The notes beneath the pieces were generated by a model. The model saw nothing but the letters and a program-made list of their open reading frames with translations, ran no database searches and was not told where the DNA came from. Positions 1 through 13,495 of a stretch of DNA of 64,000 bases are shown here, in pieces. The DNA is taken from positions 1 through 64,000 of the forward strand of contig NW_020845063.1 in the NCBI RefSeq assembly GCF_003704095.1, written 5' to 3'. A program made the translations under genes and the position numbers. Origin of the DNA: Pocillopora damicornis (taxonomy: Eukaryota). Every line of letters begins with the position of its first letter. The stretch's first letter is position 1.

Positions 1-979
1 GAGCCATTATCGAGATTCCTAAGCAGCTGTTTTATGATAACGAGCTGAATGAATGCGCTGGAGATTTCAGGTAAAAAAAAATCATTCGCAATTTTTTTTT
101 TCAAAAAGACCAGATATTAAAAAGTCATAGCAAATGAGAAAACAGCTACACTTTTAAGACACTAGCTACATCAAAATGTATTGTAGGAAACACCTCATTA
201 GCAAGCTGCCCGTAACACAGGCGGTGATACCTATTGGAGAGTTGTCTTGAGGCCCAAAAGCATGCTAATCTACGCATGACTCGCGCTTTATTTGACNNNN
301 NNNNNNNNNNNNNNNNNNNNNNNNNNNNNNNNNNNNNNNNNNNNNNNNNNNNNNNNNNNNNNNNNNNNNNNNNNNNNNNNNNNNNNNNNNNNNNNNNNNN
401 NNNNNNNNNNNNNNNNNNNNNNNNNNNNNNNNNNNNNNNNNNNNNNNNNNNNNNNNNNNNNNNNNNNNNNNNNNNNNNNNNNNNNNNNNNNNNNNNNNNN
501 NNNNNNNNNNNNNNNNNNNNNNNNNNNNNNNNNNNNNNNNNNNNNNNNNNNNNNNNNNNNNNNNNNNNNNNNNNNNNNNNNNNNNNNNNNNNNNNNNNNN
601 NNNNNNNNNNNNNNNNNNNNNNNNNNNNNNNNNNNNNNNNNNNNNNNNNNNNNNNNNNNNNNNNNNNNNNNNNNNNNNNNNNNNNNNNNNNNNNNNNNNN
701 NNNNNNNNNNNNNNNNNNNNNNNNNNNNNNNNNNNNNTCATTAACTGTTTATCTTTCAGTCGTTATCGCTAATTGGAATTCTCTTTTCATGCCAAGGTGC
801 AAAAGATCCAGAAAATGATTGAAAAAAAACGCTTTGGTGACGAAATCAAAGTTGGCAGCGTGGAAGAGTTTCAGGGGCAAGAAAGAAGAGTAATCATCTT
901 GTCAACAGTCAGGAGCACCAAGAAAGAATATCTGGAGATGGACAAGGACTTCCGCCTCGGATTCCTCAACAATCCCAAG
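1..979 (+). CDS. MOV10: MOV10-like helicase 3' exons of a second copy on the plus strand (1-70 and 797-979)
   Basis: [22 protein letters not shown]|GT. The 183-nt exon VQKIQ...GFLNNPK differs at 2 of 61 aa from the minus-strand exon 1920-2102. Confidence 0.85.
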
Positions 980-1403
980 GTATGGTCTCCAGTTAACTTT
1001 TGCGTTTGACTAAACCCGTCATAAGCAGAGGCAGGTTTTTCTGTGTGTTTATTTTTTATTGTAATTCCTACCATTGTTATTTTTTTATTATTATTATCGG
1101 TTACTTCAAGGAATAAAGATTCAATTGTGGTTGGGGGAAAGTTGGTAAATTGAAAATAGTAGAAATAATGACTGGCTACATTTTTAAAAAGGTTCAAAAC
1201 GCCTTCGAAGGGTAAGAAATGGCTGGTTTAATCACATTTACGTTTATCATACCTCTACTTCAGCCATTGAATCTCAAGGTTTGTAATTTTGGTATTTTCC
1301 CTANNNNNNNNNNNNNNNNNNNNNNNNNNNNNNNNNNNNNNNNNNNNNNNNNNNNNNNNNNNNNNNNNNNNNNNNNNNNNNNNNNNNNNNNNNNNNNNNN
1401 NNN

Positions 1404-3797
1404 TGAGAATCAAGAGAGCCTGGGCACGAGTTATGGCCACGTTGAATCTCTGGGGGATAAGAGTAAGAATGTTACTCGATAAAAGTGCGTTAGATAATCT
1501 AAAGGGATGTGCGATACCGGAGTCTACCTGTATATCCATGTACTTCTTTTCCATCCATACCCGATCTCCTTTGGGCATGACATAAATGTTTTGCCCTCAG
1601 TTAGGGAAAATACCAAAATTATAAAACCTTGGGATTCATGGCTAAAGGAGAAGTATGATAAACGTAAATGTGATTAAACCGGCCATTTCTTACCCTTCAA
1701 AGGAGTTTTGAACCTTTTTAAACATTTAGCTAGTCATAATTTCTACCATTTTCAATTTACTAACTTTCCCCCAACCACAACTGAATCTTTATTCATTAAT
1801 GTACCAATAATGTTAACAAAAATAATAATGGTCGGAATTGCAATAAAAAAAAAGCACCAACAAACCTGCCCCTGCATATGGCGGTTTAGTCAAACACAAA
1901 GATTAACTGGAGACCATACCTTGGGATTGTTGAGGAATCCGAGGCGGAAGTCCTTGTCCATCTCCAGATATTCTTTCTTGGTGCTCCTAACTGTTGACAA
2001 GATGATTACTCTTCTTTCTTGCCCCTGGAACTCTTCCACGCTGCCAACTTTGATTTCGCCACCAAAGCGTCTTTTTTCAATCATTTTCTGGATCTTTTGC
2101 ACCTTGCCATGAAAAGAGAATTCCAATTAGCAATAACGACTGAAAGATAAACAGTTAATGATGAGATCTGCTGGGATGTTGGACGCCCAGGGTGGGGAAC
2201 TGTCAATTTAAGAGATGAGCTCGGATCACTAAAATGTTGAGCGTGATGTGATGCATGCCAAGTTCTTTACCTTATAGTTGGAGGAATGAGCCCGGGCCAC
2301 GAGGCCTGGTGACAACAACTGGATAATTGGTAACGCAAACGAGTAGACAATTCTTTTGGGGAAATAATGAATTGGAATGCCGTTTGAAAAGATTTTATCA
2401 TGTAAAAAAAATATCACAGATTGTACGTATCGAATCGTCTAACGCCAGGAACAATGGAAGATAAGTTCCACACTTGTACTTACTTGTCTTTTGTAAGGAG
2501 ATATCACCCCAATCATCTCAGGTTTTAAGTGCTTTAGTCCTCTGCTCCTCACATTATCGTCTAACAGTTTCCTCAGGTATCGCTCAATAGTTTCCACCTC
2601 AGCCACATTAAAGAAGGAAGGGCTGCTACCTTCTCTCTCGTCCTTACCAAACACCGGATGGAAAATGATCGGGAAGTTCTTATTCGGAAGCTCTTCCCAG
2701 CCTATCATCACATTTCTTGGACAAAACAGGTGAATATTAGCAGTGCAATGTTTTACATTCCGGTTCGGTTGACGTAGGAAAGTAGNNNNNNNNNNNNNNN
2801 NNNNNNNNNNNNNNNNNNNNNNNNNNNNNNNNNNNNNNNNNNNNNNNNNNNNNNNNNNNNNNNNNNNNNNNNNNNNNNNNNNNNNNNNNNNNNNNNNNNN
2901 NNNNNNNNNNNNNNNNNNNNNNNNNNNNNNNNNNNNNNNNNNNNNNNNNNNNNNNNNNNNNNNNNNNNNNNNNNNNNNNNNNNNNNNNNNNNNNNNNNNN
3001 NNNNNNNNNNNNNNNNNNNNNNNNNNNNNNNNNNNNNNNNNNNNNNNNNNNNNNNNNNNNNNNNNNNNNNNNNNNNNNNNNNNNNNNNNNNNNNNNNNNN
3101 NNNNNNNNNNNNNNNNNNNNNNNNNNNNNNNNNNNNNNNNNNNNNNNNNNNNNNNNNNNNNNNNNNNNNNNNNNNNNNNNNNNNNNNNNNTCGTAGGCAG
3201 GACATGACGTCATTAGCCGTTCCAAAAGAGAAGTTTCTGTGAATGTGAGACAAAGGCGACTCATTTAAAAGGAAGTTTTCCCTCCTTTTAGGCGGGTAAG
3301 TAGCAAAACTCTTTGATTATCNNNNNNNNNNNNNNNNNNNNNNNNNNNNNNNNNNNNNNNNNNNNNNNNNNNNNNNNNNNNNNNNNNNNNNNNNNNNNNN
3401 NNNNNNNNNNNNNNNNNNNNNNNNNNNNNNNNNNNNNNNNNNNNNNNNNNNNNNNNNNNNNNNNNNNNNNNNNNNNNNNNNNNNNNNNNNNNNNNNNNNN
3501 NNNNNNNNNNNNNNNNNNNNNNNNNNNNNNNNNNNNNNNNNNNNNNNNNNNNNNNNNNNNNNNNNNNNNNNNNNNNNNNNNNNNNNNNNNNNNNNNNNNN
3601 NNNNNNNNNNNNNNNNNNNNNNNNNNNNNNNNNNNNNNNNNNNNNNNNNNNNNNNNNNNNNNNNNNNNNNNTTGGGGATCTGAGGATCGGGCCTAACTGC
3701 TTAGGGTCTCCCGCAAGCACCAGCTGACCGCCACTGGGATTATTGGGGTCCAGGAGGTCCGCCACAGGGATGATACACTCAGGTTCTGTTGCATGAC
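1404..3797 (-). CDS. MOV10: MOV10-like helicase 3' exons, minus strand, gap-interrupted: 3672-3797, 3191-3236, 2484-2715, 1920-2102, 1404-1449
   Basis: SF1 helicase motifs: GHATEPE...[34 protein letters not shown]...[45 protein letters not shown]. Canonical splice sites where not cut by gaps. Confidence 0.88.
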
Positions 3798-3899
3798 CNN
3801 NNNNNNNNNNNNNNNNNNNNNNNNNNNNNNNNNNNNNNNNNNNNNNNNNNNNNNNNNNNNNNNNNNNNNNNNNNNNNNNNNNNNNNNNNNNNNNNNNNA

Positions 3900-3919
3900 T
3901 TCTCGGAAATCTGACGTCA
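3900..3919 (+). promoter_or_regulatory. GAS (TTCTCGGAA) + CRE (TGACGTCA) composite of MOV10 copy B
   Basis: Exact reverse complement of 13476-13495, 110 nt upstream of the donor at 4029. Confidence 0.6.
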
Positions 3920-5224
3920 TGGTCCTGTGATACTGAGAAATCGAACAAATCAGCAGGAAAACTGTATAAACTTGTATTTGCTTCTCGTAATATTCAAAGG
4001 AAGAAACCGAAGGCATTTATTGCTCAAAGGTGAGTTCTAAAAGCAAGGAATTTAGTAATTTTGCAATTATGTTTCTTAATTTGTTTGAATAATAAGTGCG
4101 ATCCCGGCCTGTGTTGCTGGCTTGATGCTCAATAAGAATTTCAAATTTTCAACTAGTACTTATTTCAGTCTGTAACGTGTAATAATAATAAAGTTTTTTG
4201 TGGGCTCACGTAGAACCTTCGGTCGTGAGAAATCCTACTCTAAATTTTCAGCTCCATAGGTGCATTGGCCGATCGATTGTTCGATGAACATATTTTGCTC
4301 GTTACTTAGAAATTACATCATCGGTGTAGTTTTCCGAGAATTCTTTCTCGGAGAGATACAAGCTAATGCAATGTTTCACCTAGTTACTGAAATTTGTGAG
4401 CGGTACATAGATTTGACTCGGGGTGCAGTAAGCTTATAGTGAAATCCTAAGGAGTTTCAGGGTTTGCTAATGCTATCGATGTCAAAGTATAGAAATTGAA
4501 AGTGCTACAGCTCAGATGCGAAGGTTCTTCACTTCCGTTTAACTGGGTCGTAGATAATATTTTTCCAACACAGGAGAATGTAGTCGACTATCTTATATTG
4601 TGTCCACTAAAGATTGCAGGCCTCAAGAGGTTCTGAAATTTCTCACGGTATTTAATAAACCATACACACACTGGTTATGCAAAGCCGCATAATTATTCTT
4701 GGTGAGCAGTTTGATTTAGGTTTGTTGATCGCTGCTTTCATTTTGGGATCCAAATAACAACATCCAGAATTACAAACATTCTGCGTTCAACAATTGGTGC
4801 TTCTTCAGATGGCAGTTTCTAATATTGTCTTGAAAGCACGGTGAGAAACGAAAATAAGATGAATATTAAGGATTTTGAGAACCCTCATTTCTAGCCTGAT
4901 TTCGCTGAGGTATCGATCCATTTTGGCCAACGAATTAGAGGAAAACAACGGACCATTTGGGGGTTAATAGCGGATCGTAATACTGAATTTGCTTCTCTCT
5001 TCTTTTTCTGTAATTCCTTTTGCAAATCACGAACCATGCATGCCTATGCGGAGTCGTGGTTATTTTCATTTAGCCTTCTTAGTTTCCTTGCACCTTGTTG
5101 CGCAGATCATGTTTCTCTCTTCACTTTAATTTGGATAAAGACCATTAAATATAAGTGTAAATCGCAACTGTAAAGCTTTTTCATTTCAAAAGATTTGATC
5201 ATTTCTATTGTAGACCTGTCCAAT

Positions 5225-5433
5225 ATGTTTAGCCGCCCAAGGTCGAGCAGATCTGTAGAGCAGGAGAAAACTGTTGCCCAAGCGTTTGTGAAGTTTTTGG
5301 AGGACAACGGTCGTAAGGAAGACATGCCTGTGCTTCAACTGAAGAACATTTACCAAGGAGAATTCCGCCGTCTAAATCCCTCCGTGGACTGGGGTATTTC
5401 ATTCTCCAGAGTTTTAAACGCTCTCACGTATCA
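5225..5433 (+). CDS. MOV10: MOV10-like copy B, first coding exon (truncated by gap); preceded by a putative non-coding exon ending at 4029
   Basis: MFSRPRSSRSVEQEK... is about two-thirds identical to the copy A N-terminus. 3899-5220 is an inverted homolog of ~11990-13495, including the AG|GTGAGT donor. Confidence 0.82.
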
Positions 5434-5727
5434 NNNNNNNNNNNNNNNNNNNNNNNNNNNNNNNNNNNNNNNNNNNNNNNNNNNNNNNNNNNNNNNNNNN
5501 NNNNNNNNNNNNNNNNNNNNNNNNNNNNNNNNNGGCGTGGTATCTTTGGAACAAAACTCTCCTAACCACTAAGAGGTGACGTCCTATAAACAGCCATTTT
5601 CTTATGACGGCCGTCATGAAGTAACAATTCTCATGGTTCTTTTTCTAGGCCGGTAAAAGCAACTTATGCAAGACTCTGAGAACAATGATACCTTCTTACA
5701 ATGTATTTTGACTAATGCGCTACGTAC

Positions 5728-6563
5728 TCGTTCATGTCAAAGCCAAGTTTCACATCCAGCATTTGGACTTTGTGCACAATTCCTTCGTATCTCTGCTTTA
5801 ATACACCTGGCTCGTAAGCATAGATCTTGTCACCGCGTAATACAGACGGGCGATTTTCTGCAAGACCAGGTACCTACAATTCACACACGGGAACAACAAA
5901 TAAATGTAAAAATAAAAGAAAAAATTAACCACGAAACTGAAATCCTTTTAGTCAGTAAAATTCTTCCTATGCGTTCCTTTTTTTTTCCTTTTTCTCGAGA
6001 GGAAAACCAAAAACTCAGTGGTCCAATAAAAAAAATAATAGAAAATTCATCATGGTACTATAGAAGGACAAGAGCTAAATTCCCCGAATCCTAGAAGAAA
6101 ATTGAACACCAGACCCCAAGGGTTTTCGAAAGCAAGCAGTGTGGCCGAAAGAAAAATAATCTTTCAGGAATAAATAAAAAATAAATGAGGAAAAATTGCT
6201 TTTCTCGGCATCGGTGTTATTTATGGAAAAAAAGAGGCTTTAATATAACGTGTGTTCTTGACTGGCTCAAGAAAATCTACCAACCTCTAAGATCAGAAAG
6301 CGTCTGTCTCCTCTTTCCTGTTGAAAAACAACTCCTTTCATATCATAGTTTCTGATATCCTTCTGCATTTGTAGCTCTTCCACGTGAAGAAGTAGAGAGA
6401 GCTTCTCTTTGTAGTTGTCAAAGCTCAAATTCTTTTTCAGTCGCTCACTGAAAACAGGACAAGCAGGTGAGCTGCAAATTATACACCTCCTTTAAAAACA
6501 CAAAGTGTCCTTACCGAAGTCCTTCCCGGATTTGATTGCTTTTAATGACCTGGGCTTTTACAG
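5728..6563 (-). CDS. MOV10: Duplicate MOV10-like middle exons (6515-6563 partial, 6285-6447, 5728-5873)
   Basis: The contig 5534-6563 is a same-orientation diverged copy of ~8040-9165. Exon sizes are identical (163 and 146 nt) and frames are intact (VPGLAENRPSVLRGD). Confidence 0.85.
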
Positions 6564-6663
6564 NNNNNNNNNNNNNNNNNNNNNNNNNNNNNNNNNNNNN
6601 NNNNNNNNNNNNNNNNNNNNNNNNNNNNNNNNNNNNNNNNNNNNNNNNNNNNNNNNNNNNNNN

Positions 6664-9600
6664 CCAGAATGTAGCTTGAGCCAATCAAAGCGTGCACCTG
6701 TAAGTAACGAAGAGAAGACAGACAGCGAATTACTGGTTGTATTTTTCAGTCCGTTAATGAAAATGCCAGAATGCTATAAAAATAAATAACCTAGACAACT
6801 TTCAATTCGTCGGGACAACCCAGTAGACCCTTAAAAGAACGATTCAGCGTTGAAAACCAACCAGGCGAATTAGCGTTTACCTACGAGTACATAGCCAGTC
6901 AGGATTCACGCTCCTGTGAGATCTACTTGCAAAATTCGCAAGCGTTTTTGCTGAAAATTTCCGGTGACACTTTATATTGGTTACAGGCGGCAAAGCGCAA
7001 CTCGTACGCTAGGAATCGACTTAATATTTCAATTCAGAGCTAGAGCCATTTTTATCAAATAGGTGAGAAATGGGAAAGCTCCTTAAGAAATCCTCTTCAC
7101 CTGTTTAATCGCCTCGACCAAAGTAACCGTCTTTCCAGTCCCGGGGGGTCCAAACACGAGGTATGGAGCAGGGCGTGAAGATCCTGACACAATCTTTTGG
7201 ACCGCTTGCTCCTGTTCACTGTTCAGGTTGCGGTCGTAAAAGAAACTGAAAACAAGAAATTACTGTATTTTGTGTAGGAGCCTTTCAAAAGTGCTCTTTA
7301 AGTCGGAAAATCTACTTTGCATGTGGTTTTACTAAAAAAGAATAACACCAATGAGGTAAATGTCAACGATCAAGCTTTATATATGTAGTTATGTGGACAA
7401 TAAGAAGCTTTGCATCTCTACGCCGACAATTGGTAAGATCGCACAGGAAGAAAAAGATGCTCTCTCGGGATATTCATTATTTAGAGAGCTAAATTACTTT
7501 AAGATCTGGCAAGTCCTAGCCTCAAAACTCTAATGGTAGTATCGTGCCCAGTCGGTTTCTAGAACTGGAATGAGTCTGAAGCGCTGTCGAATCCCTCTAA
7601 TTTCTTCCAGACTTTGATTTTCTGCAGTTTCTATATTTGCAGTTCACTTATGGCGATCAGTCTATATCACTAATTATCCACAGGCCAAAATATTATGACT
7701 CGTACATTATTTGTTTTAACACTTATACATCGTCGCAGTGATTCCCATTTTGTAATCGCACCTCTTTAGTGTGGAGCATGGCAATACCGTGAATTATCAC
7801 TAAAGGATTATGTCCTTATAATTTATAACCTACCGGACCTCCTTGTTAATTTCTCCCCTTTGATCGAGACAGTCATCTGATGGAAAGAGAACGTGTCGCA
7901 TGTCTTGCCTGTTCACAGACGCAATCTGCTCGCACGCGCGATGTTCCATCTGTACTGGAAGTCGATGAAAAGTGAACTGGATGTCGAACTTCTTACCCTT
8001 AACATAAGGCATACTGAGGAGGAAATATGAGATACGAGATCACAAGACACTCCTAACCCCTTGGAGGTGACTTCCTATAAAGAGCCATTTTCTTATGACG
8101 GGTTCTGCTTTCAACTCTTCTCCAATGTTTTCGTAAAAAACCTTGCTACTTCCTCAGTCGTCAGTCTCTTCCCAATAAGTCGTTGTAGTTTACCGAGTCT
8201 AATCGTACTATATAGAATAAACCGGCTATCGTGAAGTAGCAATTCACATGGTTCGCTTTCTAGGCCGGTAAAAGGAACTCATGCAAGACTCTGAGAACAA
8301 TGATACCTTCTTATGATATACTTTGACTAATGCACTACGTACTCGTTCATGTTAAAGCCAAGTTTCACATCCAGCATTTGGACTTTGTGCACGATTCCTT
8401 CGTATCGTCGCTGTAATACACCTGGCTCGTAGGCATAGATCTTGTCACTGCGTAACACGGACGGGCGATTTTCTGCAAGACCGGGTACCTAGAATTCACA
8501 CACAATAACAACAAATAAATGTACAATAAAATCAAAAATTAACCACGAAACTGAAATTTTTTAGTCAATAAACTCTTCCTATGTGTTCCATGCATGTTTC
8601 TTTTTCTCGAGAGGAAAATGTAAACTCAGTAGTCTAACAGAAAAATTATAAAAAATTAATCATCGTATTATAGAAGGACGAGTGCTAAACTCCCCCAGTC
8701 CTCGAAGAAAATTGAACCCCAGACCCCAGAGGTTTTCGAAAGCAAGCAGTGTGGCCGAAAGAAAATAATCTTTCAGGTATAAATGGAAAATAAACGAGGA
8801 AAAATTGCTCCTCTCAGCATCGGTGTTATTTCGGCAAACAAAAAAGGCTTTTAATGTAGCATGTGTTATTAAGAATATACACCCACCTCTAAGATCAGAA
8901 AGCGTCTGTCTCCTCTTTCCTGTTGAAATTCAACTCCTTTCATATCATAGTTTCTAATATCCTTCTGCATTTGTAGTTCTTCCACGTGAAGAAGCAGAGA
9001 GAACTTCTCTTTGTAATTGTCAAAGCTCAACTTCTTTTTCAGTCGCTCACTGAAAACAAGACAAGCAGGTGAGCTGCAGATTATACACCTCCTTTTAAAG
9101 CACAAAGTTTCCTTACCAAAGTCCTTCTCGGATTTGATTGCTTTTAATGACCTGGGCTTTTACAGTTAAAGGGATGTCGTAAAAGTCCAGCTTCTCCATA
9201 ATTAAGCCATTCCTCTGTAGACTAGGAAGATCAAAATAAAAAATTTAAGTGATTGCAATATCAGTTATGCAATATTTGAATTCCATAACTGAGCACATGA
9301 GTTATCACCTCTGAGTTACTTCGTTTTCTGCCTGAAAGTCAGTAAATAAAAAATAATCATGTACGAATCCATATCTTGGTTTATGAGTACGTGTTACTTA
9401 CGTTTATCGATTTGAGGAAAGTCTCAGAAAAGTTTTGGACGTATTTTCACCAAAAAAAAAAAATAATAATAAAAATAATAAGCACTCCATTAACAAGAGT
9501 CACTCTTGTTAATACAAGACTTCCTCGGAGGAAATTTTGAATGCAAAGAAACACACATTTTGGAGCATAATTAGTTGCATAACCAGTCGCCGAAACTCTT

Positions 9601-11978
9601 TTGTTTGGAGATGCATTTAACAAGCGTCTCTAGAAACTGAAACTGTACACTGAAGGTGCATGTCCTTCGTCTTAGTATTCAGCCTTGTAGGTTGGTTGGC
9701 TTATGGCAAGTGGTACCGATGCCTCAAAAGAATTTTTTTTCAAACTCATACTAGCTTTTTCAATGAATTAAAGTATTTCAGTGACACTTCTTCAGGTATT
9801 CCGTGGACCAACGCAGACGGATGATGAAAAAGAACAATCACAAAAACCGATAATTGAAAAGTCAGCAACACAGAAAATGCCATACTGTACCGTGGAAGGG
9901 GTATCCCTCCAAATGTTTTAACATCCCTGGGAATTTCTGTTGCCCGTTGGGGAGGTTTATACTCTGAGGTCTGCTTCAAGTCATCGTACAAGTCACTCAC
10001 GATGCGCACAGAAAAAAACCTAAGGATGTGAAACTCCACCCCGTCTTCGGTCTGAAATGTAAGCACACCGGGAACATACGAATAACCAAACTCCCGGCGA
10101 CGTTTGCAGCCAATCCTGAACCTCCTCTGACAACCTGTCAAATAAAAATCCATTTCCTCACGTCACTGTAGAAATATGCATAACATTACGAAGCAATTTA
10201 AACTCAGTAGTAAAGCAGTTTTCACGAGATGATGGACTGCCCTCGTTCAACTGAGTCCAAAGCAGTTGACTATATGCGCAATCTAAACACAATACATGTA
10301 ATATTTTTTGCTCGCGCCGAATGATCAGTTAGACCTACAAGAAAAAAAGAAACTAGAAGCGCTTTACGTGAAACCTTGTTATTAAGTTCACACTCTTAAA
10401 AACCTCGAGTCACACTGAAATAGAACAGTTAGTCTGTAGGTATCGAGATCGGTGTCTTTGATGTGCATTTTGGCAGCGATTTCAGGACAGTCCTAAACCA
10501 TCAGAGACAAATGTTTTTCATAGCAAATCATCTCAACCATTTTATGAGTGCCCTGTCAGACAGGATTTATTGGGAAAATATGTATATTAATCAAGAGGAA
10601 AATTCCCTCTTCTACTGCAAATATATCTCCTTTCTCCATCATAAGTCTATTTCTCTAATATCAATGTCACAATTAAAAGAAAATTGGAAGAAACTTAACA
10701 ATGGAAATTTCGTAAGTGTTCTGGTGAGCCGGTCAAAAAATTACCTGGGTGGAGCTGACCCACATAAGACCCAATACTGGATATTTCCGAGTAATCAAAA
10801 AAGTTCACACTCCACAGTAGGGTTATATCCTCAAGGGTGATGGTCTCCTCACTGAGGTTCTCGATGATTAACACAATTTGTCCGTATTTTCCACTCTCCA
10901 CTTTTAATTCAATCACACCATGTTCATCTCCAGCGGGATCTGAAGTAACTCTTATCCCATTTTTGTCAAAGACAAGCTCTGGCCTGGATGAACAAAAACA
11001 GAAAAAAATGACTTGTTACCGAGGAATTTTCTCAAAGTTTTTTCAGGTCCGCTGTGTCCCTTACTTGACAAACATCGCCCCTTACTATGACAACCATACA
11101 AGAAACATATCTTCAATTTTGATCCTCAGATTTCAATGATGTTTGTCACATGGAAATACTTAACTAACGAGAGAGAAGGGGGTCAGTCATGACGGGAGAG
11201 CAGTAGGGGGGAAACTTACTTCCCGTACTAAGAACAGTTGTGGAAGAAACAATTTAAAATCATGTCTGAACACGTGCAAATTGTCCCTAATTTACATGTG
11301 AGCATTCTAGAAACTAAAACGAAACTTCAATATTATCAAGAAAGCAACCATTATTTAATCATGCAGCTTAATGGAAATAATGAAATAAATTAAACCATTA
11401 TTTCTGTAATCTTGTAAGTATTGTAACTAGTTTTTCCTGACTCTCTTTAGGAACGAAATAGATATTAGCAAAAAGCAGAACAATAGAATATCTTTGAGTT
11501 ACCTTGCAAAGGAAAACACTTACTTTTTCAGTGATTTTCGAATCGTTATGAGGATGTACTGTTGGCGATGTTTCACCCCTTCGATGTGTTTGCTGTAAGC
11601 TCTATCATTTCCAAGATCTCTTTTACATATATTACAATAGAAAGGGCTCAAGCTCGAGGGCGAGCGGTAACAAAGATCATCATCAGGATCATCAGTGAGG
11701 AGTTGAAGAGCTGCGGCTTCTCCACCACCAAAGATAACACGATCTTGAAGTTGCTGACAAGCATTTATATGGTACGTGAGTGTGTTCAAAATTTTGGAGA
11801 ATGACATACCCAGCGTGCTGTACAGACGGCGAAATTCTTCTTGGTATATCTGCCTCAATTCGTCTACAAACATGTCTTCCTTACGATTGTTGTCCTCCAG
11901 AAACTTAACAAACGTTTGGGCAATAATTTTCTCCTGCTCAAGACTTCTGCTCGACCTAGGGTGGCGACTACGATACAT
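6664..11978 (-). CDS. MOV10: MOV10-like SF1 RNA helicase, copy A, 5' half. Coding exons: 11524-11978, 10745-10983, 9891-10134, 9117-9221, 8887-9049, 8343-8488, 7834-8013, 7101-7245, 6664-6697 (runs into gap)
   Basis: GT-AG exons splice in frame. MOV10 hallmark motifs: LLLHVEELQM..DIRNYDM, VPGLAENRPSVLRSD, QFTFHRLP, and Walker A PYLVFGPPGTGKTVTLVEAIKQ. The first exon also encodes a matrin/U1-like zinc finger (CNIC...HIEGVKH). Confidence 0.9.
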
Positions 11979-13475
11979 AGTGGAATATGTCTGTAATGGG
12001 AATGATCAAACCGTTTTTTAAACAAAAAAGATTCACAGTTGCGATTCCCACATGAATTTGATGCAAATTAAAGTGAAACAAGAAACATGATATGCACTTC
12101 ACACAAGGCGAAAGACCGAGTGAAAATAGTCACGTCTCCGCGAAGGCAAAGTTAATGATTTACAAAAGAAACTACTCTATTATTATTATTCTATTACTAT
12201 TACTCTATTACTATTCAGTAGCATGAGCTGCTTTTAACTCCAAAATGTTCAGTCGTTGCCCTTCAATATGTTCGCCAAAACTGACTAATTATTCAGGGAA
12301 ATCAGGCCGGAAATACGACGATTGATGCAATACCAAAGATAATTTTGTTGACCCGTACGACTAAAATGAAGCTAACAGGAAGTTATGTTCGATGCTTTAA
12401 ACCGAGAGTCGTGTAAGGTTTGCAGGATGGTGACATCGTACACACCTACTGTATGAGTAATCCTCAATGTTCGGTTTACTTTCGTTTCTTACGTATACCG
12501 AGCTCTCAAGCCAAGTCAGAAGGCACCTTAAGAAGCACTAATTATTGAAATCAGACAGTTGTAATTTGGTAGACTGACTAAAAAAAGTCTACTGTAACTC
12601 CTGACCATTAAAATTCGTCTTTTGAAGACAAAAATGAAAGCAGTGCTCGGTGAACTTCAATCAAACTGCTCGCTAAGAATAATTATGAGGCTTTACCCCA
12701 CCGGCCGGCTGAAACTTTTGTTATAAACTATGATCACGTTACAAGAAATTTTAAATCTTTCTCGACCTGCGATCATCAGTGGATGCAGTATTAGATAGTC
12801 GACGAAACTCTCGAGCATTACGGAAATATTCTGCGACAACGGCAACCGGATGTGAGGAACGTTTGCACCTGGGGTGCGAAATGTCATACGGAAACACTTT
12901 CAATTTTTTATTCTCCTTACATCGGTGGCACTAACGAAGTTCGAAAAATCTCCAATGATTTCATCGTTACTTTACTGCACTTGAAGTCAAATCTGTGTAC
13001 TGCGCACGAATCGTAAGTATTGAATGAACAATTGCGTTAGCTAATTCTCTCCAAGACAGAATTCTCAGAAAACTACACCGATGATGTCATTTCTTAGAAA
13101 CGAGCATAGTATATTCATCGCACAATCGATCGGCCAATTTAGAGTAGGATTTCTCACGACCGAGGGTTTTACAAAGGCCCATAAAAAAATTGTATGGTAT
13201 TAAACGTCACAGACTAAAATAAGAACGAGTTGAAAATTACGAAGCCAGAATCTCAGATAACCCAGCCAGGGAAAGCAAAAGAGAGATCGTCCTCATAATT
13301 CAGAAAAAAAATTGAGAAACACACCAGTATGATTACGAAAATCCTCGACTTTAGAACTCACCTTCAAGCTTTATATGCCTTCGATCTCTTCCACTGAATA
13401 TTACGAGAACTAAGCACAATTTTATACAGCCGGTTTTTCTGTTGATTTGGTCGATTTCTCAGTATTGCTGGGCTA

Positions 13476-13495
13476 TGACGTCAGATTTCCGAGAA
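13476..13495 (-). promoter_or_regulatory. CRE (TGACGTCA) + GAS/STAT site (TTCCGAGAA) upstream of the putative non-coding first exon of MOV10 copy A (donor at 13362)
   Basis: Exact motif matches with a 3-bp spacer, conserved in copy B (3900-3919). Confidence 0.6.

Noticed and set aside
234-3948. ORF-track entries dominated by X
   Set aside because: Artifacts of N-gaps; only the flanking MOV10 exon pieces are real.
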